64,000 nucleotides of DNA from assembly GCF_006345805.1 (NCBI RefSeq), contig NC_043008.1:42098001-42162000 (forward strand). Direction: 5' to 3'. Position numbers and translations under genes: made by a program. Below, piece by piece: positions 26,991 through 40,897 of the stretch. The notes below the pieces were generated by a model. That model did not search any database. It was not told the DNA's origin and saw only the letters and a program-made list of their open reading frames with translations. Source of the stretch: Octopus sinensis (taxonomy: Eukaryota). Position 1 is the stretch's first letter; each line of letters begins with the position of its first letter.

Positions 26991-28481
26991 TGTAATTCAT
27001 TGCTGTAAGTGTATTTATGAACTTCTATGGCTGTGTTGCATTTTCATATTTGTTTTACAACATGGATATCTCTATTTTAATATTTTTCGGAGTATTATAA
27101 CTTGTAACAACATTCATATCTTCATCAGTTCCTACGTTCAATCGTTAAATAGCCAACCGCATCAAGTTAAGTTTCAGTTTTAGGTTACAGGTGATAGTTT
27201 GTCATTAACAAACTCATGTGATGATTTATTTTATCATTTTATTGCAAAGCAAATATATCAAACACTACGGTGCGATTGATCTGTCATTTGCAATTAAAAT
27301 CTGCTTCTTTTACGACAGCAAATATATTCAAAATGGCGTCGGACAACGCGTTTCTGTCTCATTTTTGTAAGAACGAATCTTCTTGATTACAAAAGAAATT
27401 GTTAAGATTTCGCTGTCAAACATTTCGAGGTATTCGCTCTTAAAGTCAAACACGTCTACCCTATAATATATAATGTACTAGTTGGTGAAGGAACAACCTA
27501 TTAAGGAGATGAAAAGATTTAAATTGACAAAGTTGTTGTGGAAGGTGGAGATGAGATTGTAGAGGAGAAGCCTGCAAAAGCCAAGTATGAAGTGAATCTT
27601 CATCTTTTCGTTGTGTTTCATATTGACACATCAAAGTCAATAGAAACTTCAAACACAACAATATGTCAGAATTGTTTCCAAAATTATGAAGATGCTTTGA
27701 TAAAGTATGTGAATGTATCTCCATAACTTTAATTTGTCGGCTTCTTTAAGAACAATAAAACTGTCACCCAAGTCTATCATATAAGAGTGGTTTGCTATCA
27801 CCAAAATTTGCCAATTGAAACAAAAAATAAAGAACGAATAATAATAAAATATAATTTAGTTCAATCGTTTATAAAGTAAGCGAGAAAAGACTGAAGTTAC
27901 ATTTACCTTTCAAACAAATATAATTTGATGAATTTCTATTTATTTAATATAAAAATATAATTATATGATTCTAATTTAGTAATATACAATAAAAAATACT
28001 TTGTTTCAGAGTCTGGCTTGAAAGTATTTTTAGAATTTTCGAAAGTCTGTCAAATTAACAATTCGCTGTAGTTTTCTTCAGTTATTGAAAATTATGCTTC
28101 ACTTCATTAACTGGACTCTTACCTGGCGATGGGACTAAAAGCTCTGAAGACAGACGAGCAATGAGAGGGGCTTAACATGTCTAGGGAAGTGGCAAGAAAT
28201 ATCTAAACGAAATTTAGAATATAATTTGAGTTTTCAAAGAAACCTCAACATCGCCGCAGCCTTCGGGCTGAAACATTTTTAAGGATTTAAGGATTTAATA
28301 ACTGAGGGTCTAGGAAAGAAGAATTATTTTTAATTACACTTAAACGCAGGTATGATTAATAAAACATGAGGTTTGTGCACTGCTTTTCCAAACCTCTTAA
28401 ACTATTTTAATACATTTATTTCTAAACTCTCCGTGAGAAACAGAATATGATCCTTTGGCTCGGGAAGGGCTTTTGAAATTT

Positions 28482-28915
28482 GCAGTGGTGGCCAAGTGGT
28501 GTGAAACTTATTTATCAACCGCATGGTTCCACTGCGTGGAATCTTGAGCAAATGCCTTCTACTATAGCCACGAGCCAACCAAGACCTTGTTACAGAATTT
28601 TGTTAACGATTGGAAATGAAAGAAGCCTGTCATATATGCGCGCGTGTGTGTGTGCGTGTTGTGTTCTTGAGCAAGACACTTTATTTCGCGTTGCTCCAGT
28701 TCACTCAGCTGTAGAATTTAGTTGCGACGTCACTGGTGCCAAGCTGTATCGGCCCTTTTGCCTTTCCCTTGGATAACACTGGTGACGTAGAGAGGGGAGG
28801 CCGACATGCATGGGCGACTGTTGGTCTTCCACAAACAACCTTTCCAGGACTTGTGCCTGGGAGTGTAACTTTCTAGATGCAATCCCATGGTCAGTCATGA
28901 CTGAAGGGGGGGGGT
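28482..28915 (+). mobile_element. Chimeric SINE: family A head joined to a family C body at a (TG)n tract
   Basis: 28482-28632 matches the family A 5' half; 28655-28915 matches 35295-35531. Confidence 0.7.
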
Positions 28916-30265
28916 CTCAGCAAAGCACAATTCCATAAACCCCATATGTTTGGGATAGATACGGAACTGATAGATTCTTTTGCCGGCGCTCAGGATGCTA
29001 TGCCAGCTGAACAGCTGTCGTACTGTAGACAAGAAACACCCAGTAAGGCGTTTCGGCCCTTAACGTCTAACCCTAATAAACAAAACCCCAGTGATATAGT
29101 ACTGGCAAATTAATGGCGTTGGAAAACAAATCATAACCCTCGGTTTTAAAATCCTCCGAAACAGGCTACTCAGACTGGCCCTATAGACACAGGGTTGCAC
29201 CCTACAGACACACGGTCGCACCCGGGTCACAGACGCTCATACCCGCGACTCACAACCAAGGAATGTAGGGTTTAGTTTTGCACTGACTACATTATTCAGG
29301 TGCAGAGAGAGTCTGGCAACATTCTAGATGACAAATTTCCTATCATCTTCCACGTTTGACCCCGAGCAAGCAACTCGGTCAACGAGACCAGCTGCAGAAA
29401 GAGCATACATTACGAACGGTGATCACGCCCATCTACGCCGTCGCCGTCGTTGTCATCATCATCATCGCCGTGAAGTATTCTTGTCGATTTGTCATATTCA
29501 GCGCGCGCCTGCACATCCTCAGTAACAACATTATGAAAACATCAACAACAATATCAACAAAGATAAGGAAAAAGAAGCAGAAAATCATTTAAAGAGTGTG
29601 GAATCTAACAAGTCTAGGATATGGGTTACGAAAATAAGGCAACGTGTACTATTTCATTTATTCTTTCATATTATGTTGTTGTTGTTCTTGTTATTGATGA
29701 GTCTGTTATTTTTTTGTACTTCTCAGTCTTTTACATGTATCAGAAAAAAGAAATATTTAAATTCCATTAATTCTACTTAAGTTAAACCTTCGCTTTTTTT
29801 TCATTGATCTTTCGTTCTTACACTTTCTCAGAAAAATTACTCCCGATTCTATCTTTTCCCCTCTCTCCCTCTCCCGCTTCTCCCTCTCTCCCTCTCTCTC
29901 TCCCTCTCTCACATACACACAGTGAGCATGTGTGTGTTTATGTGTGCATGTGTGTGTTTGTGTATATCTTTCAGTGTGTTTTAGGCATTTGTGTAAGCTC
30001 TATGCAATGCGTTTCTCTTTTTCCCTCTATTCGTATCCGAATTCTTTGTTTCCCACTCTCTTCTCTCTTCTCTCTCTTTCTTCGTTTCCTCCCCTCAACA
30101 TCTCACTATTCTTCCTCATACTCCTCCTCCGCTTATATCTCCCTTCTTCATAGTTTCGCACCCTGTGGCCTCACCTTCTTCCTTCTTCTCTCTCTCATTT
30201 GCCAATGATGTCGTAAATATCAGAATAATGGTTTAACGCGCTGCCTTCCTCTTTTATATTTCCAG

Positions 30266-30310
30266 GATGAGAAGAATCAAGTCTTAGTGACCAACGTGTG
30301 GCTAGACCAG
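30266..30310 (+). CDS. nAChR 45-nt exon (DEKNQVLVTNVWLDQ), containing the loop D Trp
   Basis: Polypyrimidine tract plus TTCCAG acceptor ending at 30265 and GTAATT donor at 30311. Length is exactly 45 nt, phase 0/0, matching the conserved 45-nt nAChR exon. Confidence 0.96.
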
Positions 30311-30375
30311 GTAATTATCGATGTTTTGCTCTTAATTGTACACTGTTACATTGCCGTTAATATCATCTTCAGCAC

Positions 30376-30446
30376 CAGTATCATCATCATCACCACCACC
30401 ACCACCATCACCACCACCACCACCACCACCGTCATCATCATCATCG

Positions 30447-30492
<46 letters not shown>

Positions 30493-30509
30493 TATCATTG
30501 TCATCGTCG

Positions 30510-30546
<37 letters not shown>
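30376..30546. repeat. (CAT/CAC)n trinucleotide tract starting about 65 nt after the 45-nt exon
   Basis: Seen directly. A similar tract lies at about 48800-48990. Confidence 0.95.
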
Positions 30547-30679
30547 AACGATTATCTTCGTTGCTGTCGCCGTAGTCGTCTTAGTCATCACCATCGCCAT
30601 CATTGGCATAAACATTCCCCTTCTACATTAGCTTTCCTTCATTGTTATAACCGTCTCCGCCAAGATACTATCTAATAAT

Positions 30680-31919
30680 TTTGTTTTGACCTTTGATAGC
30701 GGTAACTTTTAGATTACTAGAGAAGCAAATTGCGCATAATTTGCTTACAGCTGTTAGTTCGGTGTCCATATTAATATGGAGTGCAAAAACGAACATTCTC
30801 GCCACATTTTGCTTCCTTTATTTCCGTAAAAGCAAATAAGCTACTGAGGCTGACAAAGGGATATGTGAAGTTTATGGTTTTGATTGCTTAACAGAACGCA
30901 CCTGTCAGAAATGGTTTTAAAAATTTAGTTCTGGAGATTTTTCACTCAAACGTGACCAGCGTTCTGGTTGACCTACTTTTTGGTTGACCTACGTTCTGGT
31001 TGACCTACTTGATTCCTCTACCAGTGAACGGGTTGCTTCTATTGATTACAAGATTGACATTGATCTGCGAGAATAAATATTCTTCAATCAGTTACATCGC
31101 CCCTCTCATCCTTGAAATGATACACTTAGAGTTTGTTTTTTATTTGTATTGTTTTTATTGTTGTATTGTTGTATATTGACCAAATCAAAACCATAATTCA
31201 ATTTGTTTGTCATGTAACTGCGAGAGATTGCAGAGAGGCTAAATGTATTACACACAACAAGTGAAAATCATTTAAAATGTCTTGGACTCGTTACGAAACC
31301 CAAATTTTAAATCGATCATGGTCCAAGCGGAATGAGCCAGCACAAACCACATCAAAAGCTGAATTGCATTAAAAATGTTCATACTACCAATTCGATGGGA
31401 TTACAAAGATGCTAAGTATTTCGAGCTGCTTGCTTGGAAGCAAACGATAAATTCTGATGTTTACTGTCAACAACTAATGAAACTGAGGAAGCAATCAAAG
31501 GAAAACGGCCAGAATTGACAAAGCGTAAAGGCATCGTATTCCACCATGACAGCGCTGGACCACACATGTCTTTGTTAATTCATGAAAAATTATTGGAGCT
31601 TGGTTGAGAAGTGATGTCACATCCAGCCCTTACCTTGCACCATCAGATTACCATTTATTTCGAAATGTTCGAAATTCTTTGAATGGTAAAACTTTTAATA
31701 ATGATGATGACCTGCTGAAATCACACTTGCTTCAGTTTTCGACTGATAGGGACCAGAAGTTCTATGACCGCGAAATCATGAAGTTTCTAGAAAGATGTGA
31801 AAACGTCATCGAACAAAATGGAAAATATATAATTTATTAAAGTTTGTTCTTTGTATTAAAAAGAATTACTTTTATTTCACACTAAAAAAAAACGAAATTA
31901 CTTTCTCGCCAACCCAATA
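30680..31919 (+). mobile_element. Decayed mariner (DD34D) transposon with an internal insertion
   Basis: Frameshifted translation gives MECKNEHSRHIL..., CEVYGFDCLTERTCQKWF, TINSDVYCQQL, GIVFHHDSAGPH, SPYLAPSDYHLF and CENVIEQNGKY. The 3' TIR-like end ttactttctcgccaacccaata is present. Confidence 0.92.
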
Positions 31920-34063
31920 TATTTATATACATTTTTAATGTACTGTTTTTTTTTACTGCTCCAAGATCCCTTGTAGTGAAGCTTTGGGATTTCAGGTACT
32001 CCATGTCAATATTTGGATTCACCTTCGTACTTCAGGAGCGTAAATGGTGCATAGGCTTTGCGGCAGCATAGGACGGTTTACACACTTACTTTTATTGCTT
32101 TCATTACCCGTGGAGAGGGTTTTCAGGAATTTTTATCTGTCAAGAGAAAGCAACATTAGACAAGAAGCATACTCTAACAGCTACGGGTACTGCTAAACTA
32201 CTAAATTACTACAATAAGCATTTCACACACGCGCAAACACACACACATTCACACATAGACACATACATATACACACAAACACACACTCACATACATACAC
32301 ACGCACACACACTCACACACACACGCTCTCACACGCATATACACACATACACACACATATACATACACTCACACACACATACACACACAAATACACACAG
32401 ACCTACACACATGCACACACACACACACCCGTAGTTGATTCCATAAATCTATATTATGTGTATTGATTTCACTGCTGTGAGCAGATTTTGTGATTAATGA
32501 AATAAAAAATGTCGATAATAATGTGTATTTTTAGCTCTAAAGTAAGAAGTGTGGAATGTGACAGTATCATTTTAACCTGGCATCAGAGAGTCATGATGTT
32601 AAATATAGTGATAGTCTCTATCAATAAATAGTGAGTACAAAATGTTAACAAAATGGAATATATCATTTAACCGCAAAAAAGGACGTTTCGGATAGATTTT
32701 CTTCATCAGGGAAATATGACAGGCTGAAGTGAAATGTAAAATGTGTTTACCTTGTTCTACATGTGCGACGTAGAAGACTGAGAAAGAAAGAGAGGGAAAG
32801 GAAATGAAAGACATGCCATACTAGATCTCGACTTTATTACCATAGCCTTACATTCTGGAAAGCAGGGTGGAATTTAGTGGCCATTAAAATCTATCCCGAT
32901 TTCTGACCATTATTTTAGTTTACCAAGGATGGCAGGCAGAGTTGACATCGGTGAGATTTGAACTAATAACGTAAAGTACTGTAGCTAAATACCACAAGAC
33001 CAAATATCTTCCTTGCTTCAATATTCTAGCTTCACACTACGAATAATTTACCACTGGATGTAGAGACATTCGTGTATAATTAACTTCTCGGACTTCAAAC
33101 ATAATCCAGTGTGTATAAACTTGCCGAGGAACGGGGTCCACTAAAACGTCTCGTGAAAAGTATATGGCACGTGATTTATGCCACGGGGTTTATGTCTTTA
33201 ATATTTTTCTAAAGATTTAGGGCAGTGAGTTTGTGCTGAGCAAGGACAAGATGCTTAGCGGCATTTAGTCCCTCTTTACGTTCTGAGTTCATATTTAGCC
33301 GAGGTCGACTTTGCCTTTTATCTTTTTCAGGGTCAATAAAATTAATACAAATTAAGTACCGGAGGTCGATGCAAAATTGCTGGCGTTGTGCGAAAATTTG
33401 AAACCAATATTTCCTTTGTGATTAAAATTCGTCTACGGAGCTTGCCACCATAATTTTCAGAATCATTTTAGTTAAATATTTTCACACTGGTTAACTTCAT
33501 TGCCAAACAAAAACGTCTGTCTGTGATATCAATAAATATTCCTAAAATAACAACATTTAAAATTATCACAACATTCGTACAAAAACATAGATTCATTTAT
33601 ACTGTTTGTCTAATTCTTCGCTTTTTATGCTGTGTCATATTTAGCGATAATTCCCCTTTGAAGTTTATTTATACGCTTCACAATGGAAGCCCATTGTTGA
33701 AAGGGCATAGAATAATCGCATAATTTTGGTTTATATGAAAAGGAAAACAAACAAGGAGAGGAATTAAGTTAACTAATTAATTAGTTCAAATCAGTTGTTT
33801 TCGTTTTGCAGATTGTGATTTGATTATTTTTTTCCCTTTCTTCTACCAGTGAACAGGTTGTTTCTATTGATTACAGGATTGACGTTGATCTGCGAGAATT
33901 AATATTCTTCAATCAGTTACATCGCCCGTCTCAGCCTTAAAATGATACACTTAGATTTTTTTTTTTGTATTCTTGTTTATTTTAGCTTTATTTTTATATA
34001 TTTTTTGTACTGTCTTAGAGGTTATTGTTATTTATATTCATTTTATCATGTGATCATATTCTT

Positions 34064-34094
<31 letters not shown>

Positions 34095-34108
34095 TTATTA
34101 TTATTATT

Positions 34109-34141
<33 letters not shown>

Positions 34142-34399
34142 GATATTATTCCTTCGTCATTAATAAGATGCTGGCAGCTTTGAGCAAACCCATATTCAAA
34201 GGCAAGTAGCGGTATATTTACAGAATGCATACATGTGTTTACATGTGTGTGTGTGTGTGTGTATGTATGTGTGTGTGTGTGTGTATGTATGTGTGTGTGT
34301 GTATGTGTGTAAGATGAGCTTCTATTTATTCGCGACGAAGAAAGATAAACCTATGCGTCTTTGCTTCGCGTGTGTGACCGTAAATCAGTGGGTGTGTGG

Positions 34400-34431
<32 letters not shown>

Positions 34432-35216
34432 CAGACAGAGTGATATGTTATGTTAAGAAATATGTCTGCGTATCATAAACTTTTTAAAATGCTAAGAACG
34501 CAGATATATAATGTATACGGGCATGTAAGTGTATATATATTGTGCTATGCATATATATATATATGTATGTATATGTGTGCGTGTGTGTGTGTATACCCAA
34601 TGCACATCATATAGCTGTACCATCACATGTAAATACTTTGTTCTCTATCAGCTTCCTTCCATAAAGTACATGATAACACTCCCAAAAAGTTAAGATGAGT
34701 TGCCATAAGAGCTAGGCCTGGTACTGCATAAGAGCATTTATCATTATTGTCATCATTATTCTTATTCTTCTTATTATTATTCACGAAAGAGGTAGTATGG
34801 TGGACCAGTTTGAAAGGGCTAAAGACAGACACTTTCCACTTTGGCCAAGTCCTCATCAAATTTTTCAAGTTCCACTTGGAATCGAAGTTGAGGATGGAGA
34901 GAGAAGTGTCGCCTTGTAGCAAGTTTGTTGAAAGATGGGTGAATGTTGGAAGAATGGCCAGTGTGAAAGGACCAATTCTGAGCGCGCACCTGTAAACGAA
35001 AGGAGAACAGCTCTTACTGTGTTGCTCAGGCACTGGTGACTTTTGTGGGGTTTTCCACGAGGTCCTTAAAGCGCCTCCCCTATTAGGAGATTTAAATTGT
35101 TTCAATTTTAATCGTTATATATATTGTTTACATGTCGTAAAACCCATTCCATCGTCCTGTTTTTGTCTTTTATGTTGTGTGTGATTTAATGCAATTTTAT
35201 GTAAGCCCTAACCCTT

Positions 35217-35531
35217 GTGAAGGCAGATGGCTCAGTGGTTAGAGCGTCGAGCTTACGATCGTGAGGTTGTGAGTTCGATTCCCGGACTGGGGTGTGTGTT
35301 GTGTTCTTGAGCAAGACACTTTATTTCACGTTGCTCCAGTTCATTCAAATGTAGAAATGAGTTGTGATGTCACTGGTGCCAAGCTGTATCGGCCTTTGCC
35401 TTTTCCTTTGGATAACATTAATGGCGTGGAGAGGGGAGGCTTGTATGCTTGGGTGACTGCTGGTCTTCCATAAAACAACCTTGCCTCGACCTGTGCCTCG
35501 GAAGGTAACTTTCTAGGTGCAATCCCATGGT
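35217..35531 (+). mobile_element. tRNA-derived SINE family C (A box tggctcagtgg, B box gttcgattccc)
   Basis: tRNA-like head followed by gttcttgagcaagacactttatttcac... The body is also present at 28655-28915. Confidence 0.85.
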
Positions 35532-35560
35532 ATTGTGGCCAATAATCGAATTTATTATTA

Positions 35561-35618
<58 letters not shown>

Positions 35619-35805
35619 TTCATCATCATCATCGTCATCATTATCGATATATTTGTGTGAATGAACAGATGTTTTTCTTTCTAAAGGTAATGTATCATTA
35701 TCTTTCAGGGATATATACACACATACAGACACGCATACATAAATACATACATACATAGTTATATACTTACATATGTTTGTGTGCGCGTGTATGTATACAT
35801 ATATG

Positions 35806-35838
<33 letters not shown>

Positions 35839-35881
35839 ATCCATGTATGTACACATAATAATACATGTATGTATATATGTG

Positions 35882-35913
<32 letters not shown>

Positions 35914-36441
35914 TACATACATGCATGCATGTATTGTGTATATATATATGCATACATGTGTGTGTACGTATTCTCTGTATTTTCATTTGTCTGCCTCTTC
36001 CTCCAATGTATTACATTACTGAAACGCATAATCCTTTCCAGCTATTTCCCATTTACATGTTTTCTTTTTTTTTTCCCTCTCTCCAGAAACGGCCACATCA
36101 CTTACTTTAAAAGGGTTGCTGCTTCTATTGTTCCACTTTCATTTATTAAGAAGCTCCATTTATCTGTCTACCTCTATGGCAGACATATATTTAAAAAAAT
36201 ATACGCGTGTATATGTGTCTGTGTATGCTTATGTGTTTTTGTGTGTTTATGTGTGCGGTTGCTTTTGTGTGTGAGAGAGTGAATGCTTGAATGTGCGTGG
36301 GTGCGTTACTTAGTACGTTGTATATAGGTGTGTAGCATGTGGGCGTGCGTTTATATATATAAGTTAATGTATATACATAAATTATACAAGTGGATTTATA
36401 TATGTAAATTATGTGTGTATGTATATATGAATATGGGAAAG

Positions 36442-36494
<53 letters not shown>

Positions 36495-37676
36495 TATGGT
36501 GTTTGTGTGTGTGTGTGCATGGAAAAATTTATATAATCAAACATTTAAATAATTCCTCTTCAAGTACAATGGTGAAACGTACGTAAGGCCTAATACTTTC
36601 CCCCTACATATGTTCCGTATATGACAGGTATTGATACAGTTAAGTACAGATGGAGACTAACCAGTATAATGGAGGCTCGCAGGATTATGATAGTCAATAT
36701 GAAGTTCTAACCGATAGAGAAGCAGTTGTACAGCTGACTACATACACACACACACACACACATATATGTTTGTATACAGTGTGTCACAAACGATGGCAAA
36801 TTACAAAAGAAACGGCGAAAGTCAACCGTACTTTCAGAACGATTATGACTATGATGCTTGAAAATGATTTCAGAGAATGTTAAAAGTAATATTGTGACGT
36901 TTCGGATAAGGCTTTTTGTCAGGTATGTAGTAAAAAATCCAAAGAAGAGCAAAAGTAAGAAGAAAGAGGAGATAGGATAGCAATGACTGGAGAAAGTACG
37001 TGTGAAGATGCATGATGGGAAAATATGTTCTTGAACCTTCCATATGGGTTATTGAACCCATTATAAATACAGGCGATGGTTCTCAGCCAAGTCTTTAATA
37101 TTATTACTGAACTCGTTATAGATTTAACCAATATTTAATTAATCATTTTACTTAATCAATTTTCAATTAATCATTTGGTCAATCAGGTAGGTTCGTCCAT
37201 ATCCTTTCGTCACTCTTCTTGACCTCATAAACTATATGTTCCCGATTTTAGCATGATGGTGGCTGTTTCATCACGCGATTTCACATCAGGGGACTTGCTA
37301 GCCAAATATAAGAGAGGCGTGCGTGCACACACGCAAATAAACACACAAACACACACACACACAGACACACACATACACAACTATATATATATATGCATTC
37401 ATTGATATAGCTTATAGATTTATGCGATGTATCTCGAGATCCAATGATTGTAATAAAGAATTATTTCATTTTCTCTCCAAAAATTACGAAATCTTATTTT
37501 ATGACGTCAACAACACACATACAAACGCTTGCACGCACACTCACACGTACCTTTATATACGTATGTGGTATATACACACACGCATAGCTGTATTTTTGAT
37601 TGAATCAGTCTATTATATTAAAATACATATATGCCTGAAGATATATATATATATATTTGTGTGTGTGTGTGTGTAA

Positions 37677-37730
<54 letters not shown>

Positions 37731-38196
37731 CGTAGGTACATACTTATACGCAATGTATATACTTCTATATACATATATGTGTATGTACATCTAAGTATCT
37801 AAGTATATACATACGCAAACATACACGTATATATGCATGTGCCTTCGTGTGCGCTTGTGTGAGAGTATGTGTGTGTGTATAGTCACGAATACTTTTAATT
37901 TTTTAGAAATATACATTAATTTTCTTCGCATATATATTTGTGTATGGTGTATAAGCTCATATATTTAAGCTTGAATGAATGCAGGTATTGATACAGGTTA
38001 GTGTTTATGTATATATGTATTTACGTATTTATTATGTACATGTGTATATGGGCATGTATTTATGTGTGTGTGTATGTCTATGTGCACGTATGTATGTGTA
38101 TATATGTATTTGTGTGTATGAGTGCATGTGTGTTTGTATGTACGTGTGTATGTATGCATGCATGTGTGCATGCATGTATGTATGTATGTATGTATG

Positions 38197-38227
<31 letters not shown>

Positions 38228-38737
38228 TAAACTACAAATTAAAATACTTCGAAGACAAAATCGAAGGCCCGAACAAACAAACAAACATACAAATAAATAT
38301 GCAAAACTGCAAAAACCGAGAATTATTTTGTAAAAGCCTGCAGTTAATGGGTTGTCGATAAATATTTGATATTATTTACGAGATGGAATTTCTCATTTAT
38401 CACAGAAGGCGCGTAGCAGATAACAACACACAAAACAACAAACAGCTCGAAATATTTAATGTGAAAACTACTTAAACAGACTTCTGACGGATAAAAAGAA
38501 AAGCGAAGAATGCTTGAGAAATGTAATTGAGAATGGATAATGAATGCGAAGCATATTTCTATTCAGACTTTGTCAATGGTATAGATTACGGTATTCATAT
38601 ATTGTTTTTACCTTGTTTGTAGTCGCTACTTATCTGTGAATGATTTTCATTTGTGCATATGCTTAAGAACCACGCAGAAATATATGCATATTCCTAAATT
38701 TTATAGTCAGAAATGTATATTATATATACGTATATAT

Positions 38738-38797
<60 letters not shown>

Positions 38798-38818
38798 GAT
38801 AGATAGATTGATAGATAA

Positions 38819-38857
<39 letters not shown>

Positions 38858-39168
38858 TAGATATAGATATAGATACAGGTGTGTGTGCGTGTGTATGTGT
38901 ACGTGTGTGTGTATGTATTTGTGAATGTACCGATATCGGTCTTATACATATACGTGCATGGATCTTTCTATAAGTCAATATGTGCATAAAAACGTACATA
39001 CATACACAAATACATTCATACATACATATATGTAAATGTATGTGGATATATACATATATACATATACAAATAACTTTAAGTGCATATATACATTATACAT
39101 ACATATATATACATATATATATACATATATACATATATTTACATATATATATATATATACATATATAC

Positions 39169-39214
<46 letters not shown>

Positions 39215-39222
39215 GAGTGTAT

Positions 39223-39306
39223 TTTGCCTGAGGAGAAGATTGCATTGTTTATACCATTTATTCTTTTGAATAGTATCAGTGGAATTTTCGAAACATGTGT
39301 CGAAAG
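39223..39306 (+). ncRNA. Type I hammerhead ribozyme fold, intact core, long stem II, near-palindromic stem III (Penelope-like-element type)
   Basis: CUGAGGA at 39228-39234. Stem II 39235-39289: 12 of 13 basal pairs, then 4-bp and 5-bp helices closed by a UUUU loop. GAAA at 39290-39293, then CAUGUG-U-C; predicted cleavage after C39301. Stem I: C39227-G39302, one mismatch, then three pairs. Confidence 0.75.
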
Positions 39307-39350
39307 TAAAAATATTTGATTACACCTGCGTTAACTCCATTTTTTTATTC

Positions 39351-39385
<35 letters not shown>

Positions 39386-40041
39386 ATATATATACATGTA
39401 TATGCACGTTTCTGTTCGCATGACAGCCTTACAACTTCATAATTTTGGAAATAATGATAACTTTATATAATGCACTCAAGGTGTTTGTGCACATTTGTCA
39501 ACATACATATGTTGTGATAATTTCGAAAACTATTAAGTTGCATTGGAATCATAGAACAGAAGTGACAATACATAACTGTGTGTGTGTGTATGCATTTACA
39601 GTTGTGTTTATAGAAATTTATATTGTGCACACACACACACATTATTTTATTCTCTTATGCGTGCCGGCCCAAAGGTTCTGGCCATTCTGGGGCACGATCT
39701 GTATTTTCAATCGTCATTTCTATGGAATTGGCTTTTGGTGAAGAAGGAAGTTCGATATTGTTGTCTTGTCTTGAGTCTTTTGCTGTGATTCCAAATGAGT
39801 TTTGCTCATCCGGAATCGTGGACAACCGGTTGTCAAGGTGTTTTTGAAGGTATCTGCCACCACTCTATACAGATCTCTTAGTATTCAATATTTGTGGGCC
39901 CTTAAATCTCCCGCTATTGTGGTACCTGTTCCGCACATCAGCTGGGATGGTTGGTACGTTACGAACTGTGCACTGACGCCCATTTCGGGGGCTGGTATAG
40001 CTCTTGAGGAACTTATATTGTACACGCACGCACGCACACAC

Positions 40042-40075
<34 letters not shown>

Positions 40076-40755
40076 CACACACACACACACACATGTAAAT
40101 ATATACATATACATATATATATATATTAATAATAGAAGGGTAAACTTTATTAATTAAATAAATTAATTAATTAATCAATTAATTGATAATTTTACCAAGT
40201 AGATCGGTACGTTAAAATAACCTCTATAGGTAAAATTTTCCACGTAATTATAATCATGCAGTTATATATTCTTTTCTAAAACTAAAAAACCGGAAACATA
40301 ATAAAACACTCTACGCACACAGAGATATCTCGAAGATTTTTCTTTAATACTAATAAATCTATTCATATGTGTATGAGGATTCCTAGCCAATAGAAAAGTT
40401 ATCATTTTAATCCCTCTAAATATCCATTAGATTGCTAATACACCCCCTGGTTTGCCTAATATTTATCAAGTATCCATTGCGTTGCTGCTATGATAAATAC
40501 TCTTAGCATTTCACTTAAATTTGGGCTTTTGTTTGACTTAAATAGCAATGGCTATAAATTATTTTCCTCTTCATAAATATAAATACTTGCACTCTGGTTA
40601 GTAGACTATATAGAGTGAAATATATCCGTCCAATCCGCCTTGTTGAATGTGTGTAAAGCGAGCAACAAACGTGTATTTATATCTGTACAAATGTTCACAA
40701 CAAAACACTTACAAACTACAATTTTGCTACAATAAATAGATAGAAAAATAGATAG

Positions 40756-40897
<142 letters not shown>

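Noticed and set aside
27078-27130. Possible minus-strand hammerhead (similar weak hits near 19622, 28075, 37265-37290 and 63800-63835)
   Set aside because: Only part of the core is present and the stems do not form convincingly; possibly very old relics, not supportable.
27461-27726. Short ORF with a CxxC (ICQNCF) near an aaaatggcg motif
   Set aside because: Too short and unsupported; probably a DNA-transposon remnant that I cannot classify.
35221-35290. tRNA gene (also heads near 61890-61954 and 51374-51430)
   Set aside because: A and B boxes are present, but there is no acceptor-stem closure and the sequence runs straight into SINE bodies.
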